From the NCBI RefSeq assembly GCF_021054785.1, contig NZ_CP088239.1, positions 570,001-602,000 of the forward strand: 32,000 bases of DNA, in the 5' to 3' direction. Origin of the DNA: Tannockella kyphosi (GTDB lineage Bacteria > Bacillota_I > Bacilli_A > Erysipelotrichales > Coprobacillaceae). The notes under the pieces are model-generated. The model did no database searches and was not told the origin of the DNA. It worked only from the letters and a program-made list of their open reading frames with translations. Positions 26,322 through 32,000 of this stretch are shown here, one piece after another (within the stretch, counting starts at the first letter, position 1; each line of letters opens with the position of its first letter). The translations under genes were made by a program, and so were the position numbers.

Positions 26322-27818
26322 ATGAATAAATTAATAAATGAACTATTAGATTTTGGTTTAGAAAAAGAATTGTTACATAATGAGGATATTGATTATGCAG
26401 CGAACTTACTTATTGATTTATTACAAGTTGATTTTTTTGAAAGGGTAGAATCAAAAAAACAATTTGGTGAATCAGCAGATTTAATTTTAAATGAGATGTT
26501 AGATTTAGTGGTAGAAAAGGGATTAATTGAAGATAATGGAACAGAGAGGGATTTGTTTGATACACGTATAATGAATTGTATTATGCCTCGTCCAAGTAGT
26601 GTAATTAGTCAGTTTGATAAATTATATAAACAAGATCCAATATTAGCTACCGATTATTATTATCGTTTATCGATTGCTTCGAATTATATTCGTAAAGCTA
26701 GAACTGATAAGAATATTGTTTTTAAAAAAGAAGGAAAATATGGTCCAATTGTTATATCGATTAATTTATCAAAACCAGAAAAGGATCCTAAAGAAATAGC
26801 AAAAGCAAAGTTGGTAAAGTCTACAGGTTATCCAGCTTGTTTGTTGTGTAAAGAAAATGTTGGTTTTGCAGGTGATTTTAATCGTAATGCAAGACAAACA
26901 CATCGTATTATTCCATTAGAATTAAATAATCAAAAATATTTCTTACAATATTCACCTTATGTATATTATAACGAACATAGTATTGTGTTTAATAGTGAAC
27001 ATGTTCCAATGACAGTAGGGGATCATACTTTTAAGAATTTATTAGGATTTTTAGATGTATTTCCACATTATATGATTGGTTCTAACGCTGATTTACCAAT
27101 CGTAGGAGGATCTATTTTAAGTCATGATCATTATCAAGCAGGACGTTATCACTTCCCAATTGAAGATGCAAAAGTATTAGAAACATTTGCTTTTGAGAAG
27201 TATCCTGGTGTAAAAATAGAAGCAATGAATTGGCCACTTTCAACGATTCGTATTAGTGCTAAAGAAATAGCACCAATAGTTGAATTATCAAATACTGTTT
27301 TTGATAAATGGTTAGTTTATTCAAATGAAACAGTTGATGTTTTAGCATATAGTGGAGATATTCGTCATAATACAATTACCCCAATTGCTAGAAAAGTAGA
27401 CGATATGTATCAAATGGATTTAGTACTAAGAAACAATCGTACTTCAGATGAATATCCAGATGGAATTTTCCATCCTCATCAAGAAGTTCATCATATTAAA
27501 AAAGAAAATATAGGGTTAATTGAAGTAATGGGATTAGCTATTTTACCGGCTCGTTTAAAAGATGAAATAACATTATTAAAAGAATGTTTATTAGGAGAAG
27601 TAAGTTTTGAAGAATGTCCTTCTCTACAAAAACATCAATTATGGTATGAACACATAAAAGATACGTATACAATAAATAAAGAAAATGCACAAGATATATT
27701 AGAAAATGAAGTAGCTAGTATTTTTGAAAAAGTATTAGAACATGCTGGTGTATTTAAAATGGATGATAAGGGGATCAGTTCATTCTTGTCATTTGTTAAA
27801 GAATTGGAGGATAAGTAA
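26322..27818 (+). CDS. galT: UDP-glucose--hexose-1-phosphate uridylyltransferase (type 2 GalT)
   Basis: 498 aa, the long Bacillota-type GalT. GYPACLLCKENVGF and LSHDHYQAG motifs. RBS GGGGAG upstream. Confidence 0.92.
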   Translation: MNKLINELLDFGLEKELLHNEDIDYAANLLIDLLQVDFFERVESKKQFGESADLILNEMLDLVVEKGLIEDNGTERDLFDTRIMNCIMPRPSSVISQFDKLYKQDPILATDYYYRLSIASNYIRKARTDKNIVFKKEGKYGPIVISINLSKPEKDPKEIAKAKLVKSTGYPACLLCKENVGFAGDFNRNARQTHRIIPLELNNQKYFLQYSPYVYYNEHSIVFNSEHVPMTVGDHTFKNLLGFLDVFPHYMIGSNADLPIVGGSILSHDHYQAGRYHFPIEDAKVLETFAFEKYPGVKIEAMNWPLSTIRISAKEIAPIVELSNTVFDKWLVYSNETVDVLAYSGDIRHNTITPIARKVDDMYQMDLVLRNNRTSDEYPDGIFHPHQEVHHIKKENIGLIEVMGLAILPARLKDEITLLKECLLGEVSFEECPSLQKHQLWYEHIKDTYTINKENAQDILENEVASIFEKVLEHAGVFKMDDKGISSFLSFVKELEDK

Positions 27819-28829
27819 ATGATATCAGTTATAGAAAAGAAGGATAACGGAGTCGCTATTTTATCGATGAAAAACGATTTCTTAGAAATTGTTGTTTCAA
27901 ATTATGGTTGTAATATCATGAAAGTCTTCATGTCAAGCAAAGATGGAAATGTTAGTGATGTTGTTTTAGGTTATCAAGATATTGATGATTATGGACCTGG
28001 TGATGATTATTTGGGAGCTATTGTAGGGAGAGTTGCAAATAGAATTGCTTTAGGTAAGTTTAGTATTAATGGAGAAGATTATTCTGTACCTATTAATAAT
28101 GGACCAAATGCATTACATGGTGGTATTTTAGGATTTAGTTATCAAGTTTTTGATTATGAAATGAAAGAAGATACGATTACCTTCCATTATTTATCAGAAG
28201 ATGGAGAAGAAGGGTATCCAGGAAATTTAGATTTATATGTTGATTATCAGCTATTAGGACATACTTTATATGTTACTTATAGTGCAACAACCGATAAAGA
28301 TACATTAATTAATCTTACAAATCATTCTTATTTTAATTTAAATGGGAATAAGGATAGTGTTTATGGACATATTTTACAAGTTAACGCTGATCAATTTGCT
28401 GCAGTCGATGTTAATGGTTGTACTACAGGTGAAATAATAGATGTTACAGGAACACCATTTGATTTTAGAGAAGCAAAAACTTTAGGGGATATGATTCATT
28501 TAGAACATCCTCAATTGACATTAGGAAATGGTTATGATCATCCATTTATTTTTAATACAGATAATAATCAAGTCAGTTTATTTGAGCCAAAGAGTGGGAG
28601 AAAATTAACAGTATCAACAACATTGCCTCAAGCACAATTATATACTGCTAATTATTTAGATAGTCGTGAAGGGAAAAATGGATTAGGAAATGTAGCACGT
28701 CATGCAATTTGTATTGAAACACAAAATATGCCTGATAGTATTCATTTAGAAGTCAATCCAACAACATTATTAAAGAAAGGGAGCGTGTATGAAGAAGCTA
28801 CTTCTTACACATTTGAGGTAATAAAATAA
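27819..28829 (+). CDS. galM: Aldose 1-epimerase (galactose mutarotase)
   Basis: GRVANRI, NGPNALHGG and NHSYFNL motifs. Starts immediately after the galT stop. Confidence 0.9.
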   Translation: MISVIEKKDNGVAILSMKNDFLEIVVSNYGCNIMKVFMSSKDGNVSDVVLGYQDIDDYGPGDDYLGAIVGRVANRIALGKFSINGEDYSVPINNGPNALHGGILGFSYQVFDYEMKEDTITFHYLSEDGEEGYPGNLDLYVDYQLLGHTLYVTYSATTDKDTLINLTNHSYFNLNGNKDSVYGHILQVNADQFAAVDVNGCTTGEIIDVTGTPFDFREAKTLGDMIHLEHPQLTLGNGYDHPFIFNTDNNQVSLFEPKSGRKLTVSTTLPQAQLYTANYLDSREGKNGLGNVARHAICIETQNMPDSIHLEVNPTTLLKKGSVYEEATSYTFEVIK

Positions 28830-30103
28830 TGAAGACAGAATTATTAATTAGTGAATTAAAAGCAGGGAAGTATGATGAATTATTGTTAGATGTTTATGTT
28901 GATGAAAGTTTAGTAGGATATCATCGTAATCGTTATGTGGAAGCTGTTGAAAAATTTGTTTCTTTATATGGTAGTCAAGATGTAGAGGTATATAGTGCTC
29001 CAGGTAGAAGTGAAGTAGGAGGAAATCATACAGATCATCAACATGGGGAAGTATTGGCTTGTGCTATTAATTTAGATGTGATAGCAATTGTTTCTAAGAC
29101 AGAAGATATTATTAAAGTATTATCTGATGATTTTGATATTCGTGCAATTGATTCAACAGATGGTCAAATAGTAGATATTGAAGCAGGAACATCAGAATCA
29201 TTAATTAGAGGTGTTTGTGCTAGATTAAAAGAGTTAGGGTATAATATAGGTGGATTTAATGGATACTTTACTAGTGATGTATTAATGGGATCAGGTTTGT
29301 CTTCATCAGCAGCTTTTGAAGTTATGATTGGTACTATTTTATCTGGACTATATAATGATATGTCAATTGATCCTGTATTAATTGCTCAAGTAGGCCAATA
29401 TGCAGAAAATGTATATTTTAAAAAGCCTTGTGGTTTAATGGACCAATGTGCTAGTTCAGTAGGAAGTTTAATTAATATTGATTTTAAAGATCCAACAAAT
29501 CCTATTGTTCGTAAAGTAGATGTTGATTTTTCTAAGTTTGGACATAGTTTATGTATTGTGGATACAAAAGGGTCACATGCTGATTTAACACATGAATATG
29601 CTGCTATTCCTCAAGAAATGAAAGCAGTTGCTACTTATTTTGGAAAAGAATTCTTAAGAGAAGTGGAAGAAGAAGATTTATATAGTAATATTGCTGCTTT
29701 AAGGGAAATAACAAGTGATCGTGCTGTTTTAAGAGCAATTCATTTAATTGAAGAAGATAAACGTGTTGGTCAAGAAGTGGCTGCTTTAGTAGTTGGAGAT
29801 TTTGATGAATTTAAAAATGTATTAGTTGCTTCAGGTAATAGTTCTTATAAATATTTACAAAATGTTTATGCTTGTAGTGATGTAGATAATCAAGGAGTTT
29901 CTATTGGACTTGCGATGTCAGAAGTTATTTTAGGAGAAAATGGTGTTTCTAGAGTACATGGTGGTGGTTTTGCTGGAACAATTCAAGCTTTTGTAAAAGA
30001 TGAATTTGTTAGTACTTATAAACAAAAAATAGAACAAGTATTTGGCAAAGATAGTTGTCATGTTTTGAAAGTCCGTAAATACGGTGGTAAAAAAATGATA
30101 TAA
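28829..30103 (+). CDS. galK: Galactokinase-like GHMP-family sugar kinase (divergent GalK signature)
   Basis: GHMP motif GSGLSSSAAF and C-terminal HGGGFAGT. The N-terminal signature is SAPGRSEVGGNHTDHQHG, not the classical GRVNLIGEHTDY. TAATG overlap with galM. Confidence 0.75.
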   Translation: MKTELLISELKAGKYDELLLDVYVDESLVGYHRNRYVEAVEKFVSLYGSQDVEVYSAPGRSEVGGNHTDHQHGEVLACAINLDVIAIVSKTEDIIKVLSDDFDIRAIDSTDGQIVDIEAGTSESLIRGVCARLKELGYNIGGFNGYFTSDVLMGSGLSSSAAFEVMIGTILSGLYNDMSIDPVLIAQVGQYAENVYFKKPCGLMDQCASSVGSLINIDFKDPTNPIVRKVDVDFSKFGHSLCIVDTKGSHADLTHEYAAIPQEMKAVATYFGKEFLREVEEEDLYSNIAALREITSDRAVLRAIHLIEEDKRVGQEVAALVVGDFDEFKNVLVASGNSSYKYLQNVYACSDVDNQGVSIGLAMSEVILGENGVSRVHGGGFAGTIQAFVKDEFVSTYKQKIEQVFGKDSCHVLKVRKYGGKKMI

Positions 30104-30124
30104 AAAAGCCTCTAGGCTTTTTTA
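30103..30124 (+). terminator. Terminator after the gal cluster
   Basis: AAAAGCC, loop TCTA, GGCTTTT, followed by a T-run. The stem is short. Confidence 0.6.
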
Positions 30125-30173
30125 TATTGGTAGGGTATAATAGAGAATATATGGAGTGAGAAAGGGATATTAT

Positions 30174-31604
30174 ATGAAACGTTTTGATAACAAAAGTAGA
30201 ACGAAGATAGTATGTACGATAGGGCCAGCCTCAGAATCAATGGATATGCTACGTAAATTAACAAAAGCGGGAATGAACGTAATGCGTTTGAATTTTTCTC
30301 ATGGTTCACAAGAAACACATTTAGTAAAGATGGATCGTATATTAGAATTGAATGAGGAGCTTGGTAGTGATGTGTCTATTTTATTAGATACAAAGGGACC
30401 TGAAATCCGTACAGGTGATTTTGTTGATGGGAAAACAACTTTCAAAAAAGGTCAAGTGTGTACTATTTGTATAGAGGATATTGTTGGAACTAGTGAACGA
30501 TTTACAATCACTTATAAAAATTTATTTAATGATGTTCATCCAGGTACTTTTATTTTAGTGAATGATGGTCAAATAGAATTATTGGTTGATCATGTAGAAG
30601 GTACTGATATTGTTTGTGTTAGTGCAAATGAAGGGGAAGTAAAAGATAAGAGAGGTATTAATGTACCTGGTATTAAATTAGGTTTTAATTATTTATCGAA
30701 AAAAGATATTTCTGATATTGAATTTGGATGTCAACATCCAATTACTTATATTGCTGCTTCTTTTGTTCGTCGTGCACAAGATGTTTTTGATGTGAAAAAG
30801 ATTTTAATTGAACAACAAAGAACAGATGTTCAAATTATTGCTAAGATTGAAAATAAAGAAGGTGTTGAAAATATTGATGAAATCTTAGAAGTAAGTGATG
30901 GTATTATGGTAGCTCGTGGTGACTTAGGTGTTGAGGTTCCAGCGGAAGATGTGCCATTAATTCAAAAAAGTTTAATTCGTAAATGTAAAGAAGCTGGAAA
31001 AGTGGTTATTACTGCTACGCAAATGTTAGAAAGTATGCAAGAAAATCCTCGTCCTACTAGAGCTGAGGTAAGTGATGTTGCGAATGCAATCTATGATGGA
31101 ACTGACGCTATTATGTTATCAGGGGAATCAGCATCAGGTAAATATCCTCAAGAAGCAGTTTTTATGATGAATAAGATTGCTTTAAAGACAGAACAAACTT
31201 TTGATTTCATATCATTGCATCAACAAGCAATGAAAAATGCTGGTGATACACCAGCTGAGGCTATTTGTATGTCAGTAGCAGAAATTGCTGCTAAATTTAA
31301 AGTGTCTGCTATTATTGCATTTACAGAAACTGGAACTACTGCTAAAAAAATGTCAAGATATCGTCCAGAAGCAATGATTATTGCTGCTACACCTTTTCAA
31401 TCGACTGTCCGTCAATTGTCTTTAAATTGGGGTGTTAAAGGGGTTATATGTAAACCTTTAGATAGTCGTTCAGTAATGATTGATTATGCAAGTATTATTG
31501 CAAGAGAACAAGGTATTAGTAATGGAGAGTTAATTTTAGTTACTGGAGGTACTCCTGGTCTTCAAGGTGATACTAGTTATTTAGAATTAGTAAAAGTTAA
31601 ATAA
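30174..31604 (+). CDS. pyk: Pyruvate kinase (copy 2, paralog of 9810-11234)
   Basis: I prefer ATG 30174 (MKRFDNKSRTKIVCTIGPAS; purine-rich GAAAGGGA 7 nt upstream) to the GTG at 30156. Contains all pyruvate kinase motifs. A TATAAT box lies at 30135-30140 between the terminator and the gene. Confidence 0.9.
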   Translation: MKRFDNKSRTKIVCTIGPASESMDMLRKLTKAGMNVMRLNFSHGSQETHLVKMDRILELNEELGSDVSILLDTKGPEIRTGDFVDGKTTFKKGQVCTICIEDIVGTSERFTITYKNLFNDVHPGTFILVNDGQIELLVDHVEGTDIVCVSANEGEVKDKRGINVPGIKLGFNYLSKKDISDIEFGCQHPITYIAASFVRRAQDVFDVKKILIEQQRTDVQIIAKIENKEGVENIDEILEVSDGIMVARGDLGVEVPAEDVPLIQKSLIRKCKEAGKVVITATQMLESMQENPRPTRAEVSDVANAIYDGTDAIMLSGESASGKYPQEAVFMMNKIALKTEQTFDFISLHQQAMKNAGDTPAEAICMSVAEIAAKFKVSAIIAFTETGTTAKKMSRYRPEAMIIAATPFQSTVRQLSLNWGVKGVICKPLDSRSVMIDYASIIAREQGISNGELILVTGGTPGLQGDTSYLELVKVK

Positions 31605-31611
31605 ATTTTAG

Positions 31612-31645
31612 AAAACTCTTTTGATGTTTCAAAAGAGTTTTTTTG
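31612..31645 (+). terminator. Rho-independent terminator of pyk copy 2
   Basis: AAACTCTTTTGA, loop TGTT, TCAAAAGAGTTT, followed by TTTTT. Confidence 0.75.
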
Positions 31646-31851
31646 ACGCTCTAAATAGTTGATAGAATGTTGAAAGTTTTTTGTAAAAGAAAGATATCAT
31701 CTCATTTGAATAGAGCGAGTTGGTGTACTGTAAAAAAGTTAAATGTTGCAATCGGGGTGTATACATCATGTTTGCATAATTGTTGCAATTTGTTGTTATA
31801 TTCAAGGTTAAAAAAATTTGGTAAGATAGCATTGTAGGAAGGGGATGAAAA

Positions 31852-32000
31852 AATGATTAAAAAAGAACTAATTTATTTGGATTTAGAACAAGATAATAAA
31901 CTTGAAATTATTGATTTTTTAGCAGATCTTGCTAATAAAGAAGGAAAATTAAACAACATTGAAGAATATAAAGCAGCTGTTTTAAGAAGAGAAGAAGAAT
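31852..32000 (+). CDS. PTS EIIA component, fructose/mannitol (EIIA-2) family, 5' fragment running off the window
   Basis: ATG 31852 with RBS AGGAAGGGGA 8 nt upstream. MIKKELIYLDLEQDNKLEIIDFLADLANKEGKLNNIEEYKAAVLRREEE follows the usual N-terminal pattern of PTS_EIIA_2 domains. Not in the ORF track because it is truncated. Confidence 0.55.

Noticed and set aside
30112-30318. A 68 aa ORF on the - strand overlapping the pyk2 start and promoter.
   Set aside because: It is antisense to the pyk2 5' end and the terminator, with no RBS, so it is likely spurious.
31768-31790. A possible sigma-54 promoter (TTTGCATAATTGTTGCA) upstream of the PTS gene.
   Set aside because: The -12 TTGCA element and the spacing fit, but the near-invariant GG of the -24 element is TG here. 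I do not consider this sufficient without a sigma-54 gene and an EBP regulator in evidence.
31629-31832. A 67 aa ORF on the - strand in the pyk2/PTS intergenic region.
   Set aside because: It has no RBS and would start inside the PTS promoter and RBS region and run through the pyk2 terminator. I treated the region as regulatory instead.
1-32000. An alternative genetic code (TGA read as Trp, Mollicutes-like), considered because of the very low GC content.
   Set aside because: All conserved proteins are full-length with TGA acting as a stop: the dnaE and oxidoreductase ATGA junctions and the tmcAL TGA. Trp positions are encoded by TGG.
1-32000. CRISPR arrays, tRNA or rRNA genes, prophage modules, and toxin-antitoxin, restriction-modification or other defence systems.
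   Set aside because: I saw no regularly spaced direct repeats, no cloverleaf-capable conserved tRNA boxes in the intergenic regions, and no ORFs with nuclease, methylase, ATPase-defence or small toxin-antitoxin pair signatures. The only mobile feature is the ISL3 element.

Overview
This is an AT-rich segment (by eye about 30% GC) of a Bacillota-type chromosome using the standard genetic code, and it is mostly housekeeping. It opens with a + strand gene train that has almost no intergenic space: dnaE (3' part), polA, mutM, a Gfo/Idh/MocA oxidoreductase, coaE, a dnaB-like gene and dnaI. The glycolytic pfkA-pyk operon follows. An intact ISL3-family insertion sequence (about 11253-12810, transposase on the - strand) sits between the pyk stop codon and what looks like the original pyk terminator. 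Extra copies of its own end motif surround it. Next comes a small accessory-looking block. It holds a sortase-type LRR/BspA-like surface protein, a convergent membrane-anchored GH25 muramidase with two SH3b repeats, and cutC with two translationally coupled unknown membrane proteins. After that come sspI (a spore SASP with a sigma-G-like promoter), a YgjP-like metallohydrolase, a TrmH-family methyltransferase, a Phe-specific T-box leader and pheS-pheT. The rest is a convergent thrE-thrE2-tmcAL operon, a Leloir cluster galT-galM-galK(-like), a second pyruvate kinase paralog, and the 5' end of a PTS EIIA gene. I found no rRNA, tRNA, CRISPR array, or recognisable defence or toxin module, and I cannot support a convincingly novel multi-gene system. 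The best follow-up candidates are the array of IS-end-like repeats around the ISL3 element, the cutC-linked pair of unknown membrane proteins, the duplicated pyruvate kinase next to a gal cluster with a divergent GHMP kinase, and the overlapping sigma-G/sigma-A divergent promoter at sspI. The lineage guess (a spore-forming low-GC Bacillota, possibly Erysipelotrichales-like) is inference only.
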